A program made the position numbers and the translations under genes. Below, one piece after another: positions 41,850-55,257 of a DNA stretch of 64,000 nucleotides. The number at the start of each line of letters is the position of its first letter. Position 1 is the first letter of the stretch. Source of the stretch: Eledone cirrhosa (lineage: Eukaryota); assembly GCA_964016885.1 (NCBI GenBank), contig OZ024742.1, positions 21,762,001 to 21,826,000 on the forward strand, written 5' to 3'. The notes below the pieces were generated by a model, which was given only the letters and a program-made list of their open reading frames with translations, had not been told where the DNA came from and did not search any database.

Positions 41850-41906
<57 letters not shown>

Positions 41907-42107
41907 GCTACCCCCACATTCCCCATTAACATAGTTTAGTTATATACATGCATACATAAAATGGAACACATTCATAACCATACATGTATATAATACATTA
42001 TTACGTTATCGGAAATTACTATTTGAAAGTGACGAATATCAATTTTTCTAATCACCAGGAATTTAGAATTTAAATCAATCATAGATTTGATACATATTCT
42101 TTTCCAG

Positions 42108-42277
42108 ATTGTTACCTATTGCTTTTTTTGTTATTGGAAATTACTCAAGCTTTAAACCTAAAACTTCAATTCAAAATCTACTACTATCACATATCTGGTA
42201 ATTCTAATATTGTAAAGTTCAACACAGGTTTTCTTATATTACCGAACAGTATCTACACGATTTCTTCTGCACTTGAG
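42108..42277 (+). other. Candidate host coding exon (signal-peptide-like)
   Basis: Acceptor ttcttttccAG and donor gagGTaata; one open frame CYLLLFLLLEITQALNLKLQF...SSALE; no family recognised. Confidence 0.3.
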
Positions 42278-42425
42278 GTAATATAATTCAGAAGAAAAAG
42301 GTATTTTAATATATTGGAAAGAAATTAACAACACGGATAAGAGAAAAGAACTTAATGCTCCGGTCCTTACGTGCTCCAATTACGAAAAACCAATAAGAAT
42401 TCTTTCATAGTGAAATTATTTACAC

Positions 42426-42493
<68 letters not shown>

Positions 42494-42627
42494 GTATGTG
42501 TGTGTGTGTCTGTGTGTGCGTGCATGTGTGCGTGCATGTGTGCGTGTATGAGTGCATGTGGGGTTGTGTACATATACATATATTCATTAATGTATATGTG
42601 TATACATGCAATCTATATACACAAACA

Positions 42628-42702
<75 letters not shown>

Positions 42703-42707
<5 letters not shown>

Positions 42708-43927
42708 TATGTATACGTACATACATATATGTATACAGACGTACAGTAGTATGTATATATATTTACATACATGCACACATATATATATATATATGTACGT
42801 ATGGATTCACCGAACATTTATTATAATGCTCGGTGTGTTTGTAAACAAACATCCCGAATTAAGCCGTACAGTGTCTAGCAACCATCGTTGCTCATTTGTT
42901 CAACCCTGACAAAGGTACGCTGTACTCGTTTCAAGCTTATTAGCAACGTATACCTTCCTGCCAGATGATTGAACGTCTGAAAGTATATACTTTCCTTATG
43001 CATATTAACGGCTGAGCAGCCTAATTTGCATATCGTTTCATTTTTTCCGTTTATCGTTTTCTGTACCTCGTCGATTAACTCACTCGATATGCAAATTAGG
43101 CTGCTCATCCGTTAATATGCATAAGGAAAGTATATATTTCAGACGTTCAATCATCTGACAGGAAGGTATACGTTGCTGACGATAACTAATAAGCTTGAAA
43201 CTAGTACAGCGTTCCTTTGTCAGGGTTGACCAAATGAGCAACGATGGTTGCTAGACACTGTACGGCTTAATTCGGGATGTTTGTTAACAAACACACCGAG
43301 CATTATAATAAATGTTCGGTGAATCCATACGTACATATATATATATATATATGTGTGCATCTATGTATATATATATATACATACTACTGTACGTCTGTAT
43401 ACATAAATGTATGTACGTATACATACTTATATTTAAGTAACAGCCGTACTAAGAGTGAGAAATGAAATTTCGTTTCATTTTTTCCGTTTATCGTTTTCGG
43501 TACCCCGGCCGATTAACTCACTCGATATGCAAATTAGGCTGCTCAGCCGTTAATATGCATAAGGAAAGTATATACTTTCAGACGTTCAATCATCTGGCAA
43601 GAAGGTACACGTTGCAGACGATAGCTAATAAGCTTGAAACTAGTACAGCGTTCCTTTGTCAGGGTTGAACATATGAGCAAGCAACGATGGTAGCTAGACA
43701 CTGACGGCTTAATTCGGGATGTTTGTTTACAAACACACCGAGCATTATAATAAATGTTCGGTGAATCCATACGTACATATATATATATATATATGTGTGC
43801 ATCTATGTATATATATATATACATACTACTGTACGTCTGTATACATATATGTATGTACGTATACATACTTATATTTAAGTAACAGCCGTACAAAGAGTGA
43901 GAAATGAAATTTCGTTTCATTTTTTCC

Positions 43928-43931
<4 letters not shown>
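42703..43931 (+). mobile_element. Family C retrozyme-like element, second subfamily: inverted arm + two tandem monomers
   Basis: Inverted arm 42703-43035; monomers 43053-43489 (437 bp) and 43490-43931 (442 bp); (TA)n flanks. Confidence 0.88.
43170..43212 (+). ncRNA. Minimal hammerhead (family C); second copy 43609-43651 has CAGACGA
   Basis: acgttg-CTGACGA-taactaataagctt-GAAA-ctag-TA-cagcgt. Confidence 0.8.
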
Positions 43932-43963
<32 letters not shown>

Positions 43964-44074
43964 TATCCCAAGCATCGTGTACTCTTTTGAATAATGGTCT
44001 AACTAATTTAATCCCCATCTACACACATATACACGACATACGCACATGTATATACATATATGTATGTATATATA

Positions 44075-45930
44075 ATAATAATGAAATTATTGTGTAAACT
44101 ACTCAGGTGCACTACAACTCGTCAAAGGTGCATGTATAGTACATAGAATAATATACAAATGTCAGGGAAGTGAATAGTGTATGAGTCATGATATACATGT
44201 GTGTATGTGTATGGAGGGGGAACATTAGGTGTAGTGTTGGCGAATCTCAGGAAGCATGGAGGTTTTAAAGGATGCAGAGTCTCGACAGCAAACAACTGAT
44301 GCAGGTTGTTTCATGCTTCAACAACTCGGAGCGTGAAAAACTGTTTCCGAAAGTAATGGGAGCTGTGCTGTTTTCTGACTGTGTGGGCATGCTCACTTCT
44401 GTTAAACACATGGAAATTAAAAAGGTACTCAGGGTTGTTGTTGGCAAGATGGTTAATAATTTTGTGGGTGTTTACCAAGTCAATTGCCAGATATCGGAGC
44501 TTCAATGTCCAGGGGAGCAAGGCGTTCAGAGTGTGGTAGATGCCTGATGGAGGATATTCGCTTGGTTGCACGTCTCTGAACAGTTTCCAGGCGGTCAATG
44601 TTTTGAGCAAGGTAGGGTTTCCAAACTGGTGATGCAAATTCTAAGTGTGGCCGCACCATCGCTATGTGCAGCTTTAAATAGATAACTGGAGAGCGGATGA
44701 CAAAGGTCTTGCTGAGTGATGCGTGATGCTAAGACACCCTCGGCCTTCTTGACAATTTTAGAGACGTGCTTCGTCCAACGCAAATCGCTGCTGACCGTAA
44801 TGCCCAGGTCACGTTCACAAGAAGACTTCTTGATATTAGTGTTGTTGAGGGAGTATGTGAACGCTGGGATTTTACTCCCAAAATGCATGGTGGTTCAATT
44901 TTCCACAGCTAGCTTGAGTTGCCAGTCTGTGATCCATTGTTGCATTGTGTCCAGGTCAGATTGCAGGCAAGATCTATAGTGTTCAGGATCTGTCCTTTTT
45001 ATCTCAAGGTACAGCTTGATATCATCTGCATATTTCAGTACTGTGGCATTCTTTAAGTTGGAATCTATGTCATTAATATATGCCACAAACAAAACGGGGC
45101 CAAGAACAGATCCCTGTGGTACCCCAGATAACATCTCATATAGTGAGGAATGCTGTCCTAGAACCGTGACTACCTCTCTTCGACTGAGAATGAAGGACTT
45201 CAGCCAGTTGAAAATATCATCCTTCACACCCATTGCAGAGGGTTTTGCAATAAGCATTTTGTGTGGCACAGAATTGAAAGCTTTAGCAAAGTCAATCAGT
45301 GATGCAGGTGATGTCTTCAAGAAACTCAATAAGTTGATCACAGCAGTTGGAGTTAGGGATAAATCAAAATTGCGAGGGCCGGATAAGACTGTGAGAGTTC
45401 CAGAAGTCCCAAAGTGTTTCTCTGACACAGGATTCCATCAGTTTGGCAATGCAGTTAGTAAGACTGACTGGATAGTTCACAGAGGAATGAGACTGGCAGT
45501 TTTCTATTGTTCTGGAGTAGCACTGTTGTGTAGACAGAATAGGAGGAAGCGTGATAGCTGGTGCAGAAGGATGTACCCACCACGTTTAATAAGCAGGTAC
45601 ATAACACCATCAAGACCAAGAGAGGCATGGTTGCGTTTATTTTTAAGGTGACGTCGCAGCATTGCAGGTGTAAATTCCATAGTTGTAATAGAATCCGGTG
45701 TCATAGGTGGCGGAGACGGTACACTCTGGTCTTCAATAGTGAAAATGCCTGCATAGCGTTCAGCAATGAGCTCTGTGCATTCCTTGGGGTTGTCAGTAAC
45801 CTGGATTGTGTGGGGATTGCGAAGAGGACCAACTGGAGAGTGGGGCCTCTGATTTGAGTGAACATACTTCCAAAGCACCTTACTGTCAGGGTTGGTCGCT
45901 ATGCGCTGCTCAAATTGAAGCACTGCCTAA
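44075..45930 (-). pseudogene. CR1-group LINE, 5'-truncated, frameshifted RT
   Basis: DFAKAFNSVPH, SGVPQGSVLGPVLF, YADDIKLY, LQSDLD, ERDLGI, FFTLRVVEA; 3' end in an (ATT)n-like tail near 44075-44090. Confidence 0.9.
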
Positions 45931-45999
45931 TTTGCTGTGTTGAATATATATAAAGTGTAGGTTAGTTAGAGAAGTCCAATTTTAAAAGTATGTCACACT

Positions 46000-46420
46000 A
46001 TTTAAAAGGTATTCTCTAATAGATACTGAAAATTTAGTTTGAAAGTTTGCTTCACAGTATGTGTGACAACCAATAATATATTTTTGAAATTCATGAAGAG
46101 AGGGTTCACCTGGGACATTGCTAAAATATTTCTCACATCACTTTCTCATAACACCTAAAGTTTCTACAATGATTGGAATTATTTTTCTTTTTAAGGTTCC
46201 ACAATTATTTCTATCCCTATCTTTAGATCCTGATTAAACTTCCAAATTGTGTTATTGATATGCTTGTATCTGATGGAATCCTCATATTGATTGATTTTCA
46301 ATTCTTATCCCACTTCGATGATGATATTTATTTTGTTCATTTGAATTGTTACATTATTTCTTTTCATTAATGGATCTAGGGTTTGTTCAATCCAGTTGAT
46401 GATAGGTTCATTTTTGTAGT
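46000..46420 (-). pseudogene. Decayed RLE-type (R4/Dong-like) non-LTR element C-terminus
   Basis: Frameshifted manual translation resembling I.MRIPSDTSI...DLKIGIE..WNLK..IIPIIVETLGV..K...NVPGEPSLHEFQK. Confidence 0.55.
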
Positions 46421-46712
46421 GGTTACATAGTTTTTAAAATGTATCAATTTTCTCCTGATCCGAGAGTCTCATCAAGCCGGTGCTTATCTCGGTTTCCGTG
46501 GCGTGAAGCGACTCAGAGTAGAAGTTCCCCCTTCGACAAGACGCCAGTCCTTCCAGAGTTAAACTCCTAGCTATTGCTGATACTTATTTTCAGCTGAATA
46601 TACTGAAGCAACCTGAAAGGAAGTGTTTTGCTCAAGAACACAAAACACAACTTAGTCCAGAATTCGAACCTAAACTAAGAACACACACACACTCTATCTC
46701 TCTCTCTATCTC

Positions 46713-47157
46713 TATGTATGACTGATGGCAAACACCTTTCTCTCCGGACAACAACTCATCCCCTTCTTTAAGTACCACTTCAGAAGGAAGGTGAGAGAGG
46801 AGAGAGATGTGCTACACCCCAGTAAATTCGCTGAAAGGTGGGTGAATGTGGCGAAAATAGCCCGAGTGAATGGACCTTCTCTGTATATAAAACTGTAGGT
46901 TGAGGAAGATAAAGAGAGGGGAGACGGGAACACCTACAAAACGTGTTCTTGGTGTTGAGGGTTGTTATATCCACGGGGTGTAAAACAGTCCTGCAGTAAC
47001 GTTCCCTCCTATTGGGGATTTCAATTGTTATTTTATTATATATAATTTATTTTTATTTATTAATGTTAAAGTTATATGATTTTTATGTAAAACCCCCACC
47101 GTTACGTCTTGTAATGCCCCATTTTTGTACGCCCCTGTGGCAAATAAAGAAAGATAT
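46713..47157 (+). mobile_element. Probable L1/Tx1-like LINE 3' end
   Basis: FFKYHFRRKVREERDVLHPSKFAERWVNVAKI...*, then a T-rich UTR and AATAAA at ~47143. Confidence 0.45.
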
Positions 47158-47479
47158 CTATATAGTTATATTTCTATATAAGCATATAAATGGTACATGA
47201 ATCGTTTGACTGATAAGCGTGTATACATTTCAACCGATTTTACAGCCTAAATGATGGTTTCTCCAATGCAATATTTGATATTTGATATAAGGGCCACTCA
47301 TTAAATTCTACTTAGTCATTTTTTATCTATTACCTCTGAGCCACCCTCTTCCATTTCTATGGAGTCATTCGGAAACACCGACCGACACATTCATTTTAAA
47401 CAACCTTACATAGTTAAAATACAATGGACACAATACCGCATTCGTTCCCGTTTTAAATATAAATTTGATATATATGTTT

Positions 47480-47984
<505 letters not shown>

Positions 47985-48168
47985 TATATATATATATATA
48001 CATATACATATATAAATATGTAAATATATATGTATATATAAATAAATATATATATATATATATATAACTATATGCATGTATTTGTATGTATATTTATACA
48101 TAGATACATACATATATATATATATATACATATATACCTATATGCATGTATTGTATATATATTTATAC

Positions 48169-48189
<21 letters not shown>

Positions 48190-48201
<12 letters not shown>

Positions 48202-48494
48202 AAGAATCAAAGAACTGCTCAAAACATTATGAGCAGTTCTTTGATTCTTATATTTCATATAACTGCTCTGTAAACATTTGTAAACATAACTGCTCAAAAC
48301 ATTTTGAGCAGTTCTTTGATTCTTATATTTCATATAACTGCTCTGTAAATCATCTGATGTTTTTACATTGAGCTACTTAACTTACTGGTAATAAGGTAGT
48401 AATACATTACTGCCTACCACTATTTAGGGTGTATGTAAAATACTTATAACTGCATAAGGTTTTGTATGTACATAACCATAAATAGTATAACTAA

Positions 48495-48498
<4 letters not shown>
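48190..48498 (+). mobile_element. Small fold-back with internal tandem duplication (family H)
   Basis: atatgaaatataagaatcaaagaactgctca / tgagcagttctttgattcttatatttcatat; right arm repeated at ~48305-48348; (TA)n flanks. Confidence 0.7.
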
Positions 48499-48533
<35 letters not shown>

Positions 48534-49172
48534 TATTATAATATATAATATAGAACTAATATATCTGCACTTTGATATCAATTAGGAATATTCATGTCTA
48601 TCATATAAATACTTCAACATTTGCAAATAAACAGATTTGATATACATTTTATTGTTATTCAGTTCAATTCACTATCATATGATTCCAATCAAACAAAATC
48701 ATTATTTTTAGGCGAAAGTAATAAAAAAAAATCACATAAATCTCCGCTTTATTATTTCCTTTCTTTGATATTAATTCCAACTAAATCGGTATTTGAATCA
48801 TTTGATGACTAAGTGGACCCTGATATGGATGTTTTAATTAAGTTCAGATTTATGGATAACTCTATTATATAGTAATATTTTATGTGACATATTTAAACTA
48901 GAGTAGATTGAGCCAATATTTTCCAAGTATCTTGGGCAGCGATGCATGTAATGTAGTATCGCTGGCAGCATGTACATTTTAATATATCAATGATAATTCC
49001 TAAAGAGAAAAATATAAGAGGCATATAGTGTATATGATAAATAGACTAATAAATATTATCGCACACACACACAAACACACAATCACACACATACAAAATG
49101 TGACCCTGTATGTATACAGTGAAATGAGTAAACCGATAAAAGGCTGTACATCCCAAATATATATATATACAC

Positions 49173-49204
<32 letters not shown>

Positions 49205-49216
<12 letters not shown>

Positions 49217-49885
49217 TGGTTTTATATACACACCAAGAACAGTCATAATCTTATTTCATTTATATTGTATATAATCATTCTCTTACAAACTGTGCACGAT
49301 ATAATATAACAAAATACCATAAAATATATCACATGAATTATTGAGGCCCTTGGATAATTTGGAATCTGAAATGTGGATATATACATATATATATATATAT
49401 GTGGGGGGGGGGGGGGCGGTGTCTGTGTGTGTGGGTCTGTGTGTGTGTGTATGTCTGTGTGTGTGTCTGTGTGTATGTGTATAAGGTTAACAGCTGAGAA
49501 ATAAGAGTAGAGTTTTAATATTCATTTTAGTAAGGCTAAATAGTGAGTCTTGTGATGAACAGGCAAAACTCCTCAGTAGTAAGTCTCACTATTTAGCCCT
49601 AATGAAATGAATAGAGCCTGCTATCAACATTTTCCCGTCAACATCCTTATTTTACTCTAATAATATCTATAGTGATCGTTTGTTGCTACACATATTTTCT
49701 GCATTTAGATATCCACATTTCAGATTTCAAATTATCCAAGGGCCTCAATAATTCATGTGATATATTTTATGGTATTTTGTTATATTATATCGTGCACAGT
49801 TTGTAAGAGAATGAATATATACAATATAAATTAAATCAAATTATGAGTGTTCTTGCTGTGTATATAAAACCAATACACACACACA
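49205..49885. repeat. ~175-bp inverted repeat enclosing a second imperfect palindrome
   Basis: 49205-49380 matches the reverse complement of 49708-49885; inner arms ggctaaatagtgag / ctcactatttagcc at ~49534-49598. Confidence 0.8.
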
Positions 49886-49944
49886 CATATATATATATAT
49901 AATATATATATAATATATACATATATATATATAAAGTTATACGT

Positions 49945-49991
<47 letters not shown>

Positions 49992-50015
49992 AACTCATAC
50001 GTACACACACACACA

Positions 50016-50059
<44 letters not shown>

Positions 50060-50066
50060 TATACAT

Positions 50067-50143
<77 letters not shown>

Positions 50144-50879
50144 TAAAGTTATACGTACATATATATATATATATATGTATATACATCAAATAAATATATT
50201 ATTCGACATTAAAAAATATATAATATGCAGAGCTATATCTCATATTTCTAGACATGAAAATTACAGTCAATTGATTTCGTAAAGTAGAATGAAATAGTAG
50301 AGGAAATATAATTGATAAGATATAGAAAAAGAAATATATTAAAATGTATGAGTGAAGATATTTCTGATTATGCTTATCGTATTTATTTTAATTCCCCTAC
50401 TCTAGTTTCTGACAGTAAATTTATGATTAATAGTTTGTTTAAATGTTCTTAAGGTATTCTATTGTATATATGTGTTTACTGAAATGACTGACACGATGAA
50501 CCTGAGTTTTTCTTCTCGGCATATGATATGGAATATATAGGTTGTGTTATCTAGTATTTATTTGCCTTTAATATGGCTAAATTGTTGCAAAGTAAGGCAC
50601 CAATGCTTCCGACTATGTACTGTAAATCTTTACAGTAAATAAAAAAATATATGCTATCGAAGTCTTCTGTCTTACAATATGTTGCTTTTTCTATCGTTTG
50701 TAGAATGAAAGATAAGTGAATCAAATAAACAATGTATTAATTGATAAACTTTGGTGATCTATTTTTTTGCGTTTTTTATGATATATATATATATATGTGT
50801 GTGGGGGGGGTCTGTGTCTGTGTGTGTGTCTGTGTGTGCCTGTGTCTGTGTATGTGTATGTGTCTGTGTATGTTATATA

Positions 50880-51165
50880 TATGTCGCCGAATCCGTAGGT
50901 GCGGAAAGGAAAAAGGAAAAGAATGCTCAATCGAGAAGAGAGCGAAATATGTTATTTAATTATGTTCATATATGAAACAAAGTGGCTACCCAAGGTTTCA
51001 ACGCCCTATATTGAGCTCACTTTCAGAATACATGAGGGATACAAATTATGACCTATTTTCTAAACTCGTATAAGCTTCTGAAGAAAGGTCACAAATATGA
51101 TGGCTCTTGTATTCTGGAGCTATGGTCAATATTGGGCCTATGGATCTTGGGTAGCACTTTTGATA
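50880..51165 (-). mobile_element. Old degenerate fold-back with HHR 3' half
   Basis: Minus strand GAAA-ccttggg-TA at ~50986-50999; decayed inverted arm at ~51100-51160; tail resembles 52730-52790. Confidence 0.5.
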
Positions 51166-51593
51166 AATCACATGACCACTTAGCATTGACTTCGTGTGTC
51201 CAGTACGTCTCAACGTCATGAAAAACAAAACATTACATCAAACGTGTTCATTGCAAAGATTTCTCCCTTTGTCATACATTCTATTGGAGCCGATAAAGAA
51301 AGTGACATCACAACACTAGGATCGATTCTTCTTTCCTCTTTCTCACTACTTCTCACTACCCCTCTCATTATATATATATATATCACTCTCTAATTCTTCA
51401 CGTTCTCTCTCATATTCTGTCTTTCTAGAAGAAATCAGCTGCGTTCTGACAAGATGACGGATAGACTCCTCCATGTCTATAACACGGAACACATGTCATG
51501 ACGTCACCCCAACAATCTCATCAGAGGATGTGGAACCCAGAAAGGCAATATATTATTAGATGACACGTAATTTCGTCTACATGTAGCACCTAG

Positions 51594-51645
<52 letters not shown>

Positions 51646-51654
51646 GTGTGTGTG

Positions 51655-51689
<35 letters not shown>

Positions 51690-51693
<4 letters not shown>

Positions 51694-52299
51694 CAGGTCA
51701 CCAGTTGGTGCTACTGGTAACATGTATCCCAGTACAACCTGTCTCATGGTCGGGACGTTGGCGACTAAACTGGCAACCCCACCAAGGTTTCTTGGTGAGG
51801 AGGGTTACTTTGGACATCCTGCAGGACTAAAAACAAAACCTGTCAAAGGGCAAAGGAGCTCTTAAGAGTCAATGGCCATCCAAAATCACCGGGAGAGATG
51901 ACCCCTTAGCCTTTGTCAAGGGAGAATTCTAGGAGAAGGAAAACTCTGATATAACACCTGCAACCCTGATGGTATCCAATGATGTTGACTTGTTCTTCTT
52001 TTTGGTAAATATCATCTTGGTTAAGAGAGTGGGACTGGCTTTGTGCAGTGCCTTTGCTCACTATAAAAGCTTCACGGCACAGGCATTGCTTTATATCTGG
52101 AGATCTCTCTGCACTTGTCCTCACATGGTACCAAGGGCCCAGCACTATGTGTCAATAATTGTCACAAGTGTAGTGTTTGTACCAGAGTTTTCAAGTCGCT
52201 GGCTGGACTAAGAAGTCACACTCGTTCAGCGCATCGGTAGGGGTTCTCCTACATGGATATAAAGTAGTGGCCGTACTCGAAAACGAGTTGGCAGCCACC

Positions 52300-52302
<3 letters not shown>
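51690..52302 (+). mobile_element. Internally deleted RTE-type element (5' region joined to 3' end)
   Basis: 5' part repeated at 54355-54535; 3' part encodes the C2H2 finger CSVCTRVFKSLAGLRSHTRSAHR* (52169-52240), like the RTE at 53015. Confidence 0.65.
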
Positions 52303-52393
<91 letters not shown>

Positions 52394-52394
<1 letters not shown>

Positions 52395-52572
52395 AGAAAG
52401 GAATTGTGGTGAGGAACCAGATGGACCATAACGCATACTTAGGGTAGTAGAGTGGGAAATAGGAAAAAGTATGACCCCGACGGCAGAAGCTCAAGCCGTT
52501 TCGACGGCTATTTCTGTCCAGAAACAGCCGTCGAAACGGCTTGAGCTCTGCCGTTGGGGTCATACTTTTTCA
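52394..52572 (-). mobile_element. Fold-back element, family E (HHR 3' half only)
   Basis: Arms 52463-52515 / 52520-52572; minus strand agccgtc-GAAA-cggc..gccg-TC-gggg; CTGANGA absent. Confidence 0.75.
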
Positions 52573-52580
52573 TATATATA

Positions 52581-52615
<35 letters not shown>

Positions 52616-52634
52616 GTTTGTGTGTGTGTGTGTG

Positions 52635-52677
<43 letters not shown>

Positions 52678-52721
52678 CCGATTGTCTTGTTATTTCTGTT
52701 TATATATATATATATATATAT

Positions 52722-52946
52722 ATGAAGTATTTCCGTCGGAAAGGTACAGGAAAAAAGAGTGCTCTATGTAGGCTACAGAGCTTATTAGTTATGTAATAAA
52801 CAACATAAGATAATTATTTCATTTACCAGTGGTTTCATGAAGGCAGATATTTATATCTGTCTTCAGTCGTCTGAATATAAAAATATCTGCCTTCAAGAAA
52901 CCACTGGTAAATGAAATAATTATCTTATGTTGTTTATTACATAACT
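52722..52946 (-). mobile_element. Fold-back element, family F (HHR 3' half only)
   Basis: Arms ~52787-52855 / ~52880-52946; GAAA-ccactgg-TA-aatgaaa. Confidence 0.72.
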
Positions 52947-52948
52947 GT

Positions 52949-53008
<60 letters not shown>

Positions 53009-53014
53009 TTATAT

Positions 53015-54305
53015 ATGCGGATTGCTTCATCTTTGGAGATGATTCCCTTCTTTCCATGCACCCCCATCAACCATCATCACCAACTCCAAACGACCGTCCA
53101 TGGCCTCTTAGGTGGCTTTTAAGTCAAGCATTAGATTTGCATGGTCTGCAGCAAATGTGACAGACAAAGGATGTGCCCTCTATTGGATTGATTGGGTCAA
53201 TCCAATAGAGGGCACATGTTCTGTCTGTTTTCATGATCAAAACGTCTCATTTTCAAACATTTTGCAGCCTTCCTTCACATGTCCTCTCCATTTGCCCCTC
53301 TTTAAAGTAAGCACTTCCCAGTTCTGACTTCAAACTCTACATCTTTAAGGTTGTTTTTCATGCAATCCTTATATCTTTTTCTTCGATTGTGCAGGTGGCG
53401 TTTCCCAGTGTGCAATTGACTGTAAAATATTTGTTTTCGAAGTCTTTTATCATTTATGCCCACAACATGGCCTACCCAACTCATTTAAGAGGATATGATG
53501 GCCGTGCAACCAACATCTATAAGGATTTGTGTGTCAGATATTTGTGTGGCTATTTGATGTTTAGGATTCCTATTAAAACTTGTTTAAAGTGATCAAGCAA
53601 ATAAAGGTGTCTACGCTGTACTGTCCACGTTTCCGAAGAGTACAACAGACTCTCGGAATGCAGGCCTTGTACACAATAATCTTGGTCTTGATATTGATGC
53701 CATGATCCGCCTACAATCTGTTTTCAAGTTTTCCGAAGGCTACATAGGCCTTCTGAATGCGCAGCTGTATTTCTGCATCCAGTGAACCATATTTTGATAA
53801 TGCACTACTCAGGTAAACTAAAGTGTCAACTACAGCCAACCTAGTTACTTGCATCATTATATGTGGCTCAATATATGCTTCCCCTGGTGATGGGGTGAAC
53901 ATTACCTTGGGCTATTTTAGATTAATGTTCATGCCAAAAGGCATTACAAGAAGCTGCAAAACAATCGATGATGTGTTGCATGTCATCTTGAGAGTGAGCC
54001 CCAAAGTTAACATCGTCTGCATACAGGAGTTCGCTAATTAATATTTGGAACACCTTTGATATGAAATTGAACTTTCGTAGGTCAAAGTTCCTTTTTGTAG
54101 TTCTAACTTGCAATAGAACACCCTTTGCACAGTCCTGGAATGCATGATTCAGCATCACACTAAAAATATTGAAAACAGTGTGGGAGTCAGAATATCTCCC
54201 TGCTTCACGCCATTATCAACTGGGATTTCATTGGACAATTCACCATTCAAGGCAACCCGAGCATTCATATTTCTGTGCAGTCGGACGAACATATCAATGT
54301 TTTTG
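53015..54305 (-). pseudogene. RTE (BovB-like) LINE, 5'-truncated, disrupted
   Basis: GVKQGDILTPTLF, ELLYADD, YLSS..S...SLDAEIQLRIQKA..AFGKL, WVGHV...KQIFYSQL..GKR...RKRYKD, and terminal C2H2 finger CHICCRPCKSNA*LKSHLRGH. Confidence 0.9.
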
Positions 54306-54676
54306 AAAGTAAGAAAAAAGGAGAGATTTTAAAAAGGGTTTACAAGGTTTTATGTCAGGTCACTCTTCAGTGGTACTGGTAACATGTAACCCAGTACAAC
54401 CTGTTGCATGGTGGGTTGCCGGTGACTAAACCGGTAATCCTACCAAGCTTACTTGGTGAGGATGGCGATTTTGTGCACCCTGCAGGACAAAAACCAAAAC
54501 TTGGCGGAAGAACTCATATGAGTCAACGCCATCCAAAAATGTGTAAATATGTATATACTGTATGGGTGTGGGTGTGCGTTGGATTGATTGCCCGTTTGTC
54601 TCTGTACATATATATATTTGATAAAACATTTTTTTTTTATTTAAAAAATGTTTTAAACCCATTTAAAACTAAAATT

Positions 54677-54731
<55 letters not shown>

Positions 54732-54732
54732 G

Positions 54733-54759
<27 letters not shown>

Positions 54760-54764
<5 letters not shown>

Positions 54765-55105
54765 AAGAAAAAGAGATGAAATCGAAAATGCAACTGAAGT
54801 CTTATTTTTTTTTTAAATATATATATTTATTTGGTTCCTTTACCGGTTTCGCAGTTCTTCTGCTTTTCAAAAGGTGAGTTGAGATGGAGGGTCTGTGGTT
54901 TTTCTCAAAAAACCACAGACCCTCCATCTCAACTCACCTTTTGAAAAGCAGAAGAACTGCGAAACCGGTAAAGGAACCAAATAAATATATATATTTAAAA
55001 AAAAAATAAGACTTCAGTTGCATTTTCGATTTCATCTCTTTTTCTTTATACTTCCACTCGTGTAGGACACCTCGGTTATTTTTCATTTTGTAAAAAAAAC
55101 CTCAC

Positions 55106-55112
<7 letters not shown>
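54760..55112 (+). mobile_element. Fold-back element, family D, copy 2 (U3-A8 HHR at 54937-54974 + and 54837-54874 -)
   Basis: Near-perfect ~145-bp arms centred at ~54905; same tail as copy 1. Confidence 0.9.
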
Positions 55113-55165
<53 letters not shown>

Positions 55166-55207
55166 GCAAGTACTCATATAATTATAATTATATATATATA
55201 TATGTGT

Positions 55208-55256
<49 letters not shown>

Positions 55257-55257
55257 T

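Larger units (their letters stand above)
39879..41850. mobile_element. Second Naiad subfamily, 5'-truncated fold-back insertion
   Basis: Minus arm 39879-41169 and plus arm ~41166-41850 (the 39879-40430 part is inverted at ~41166-41722); tail homologous to 31771-31905; (TA)n flanks. Confidence 0.9.
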
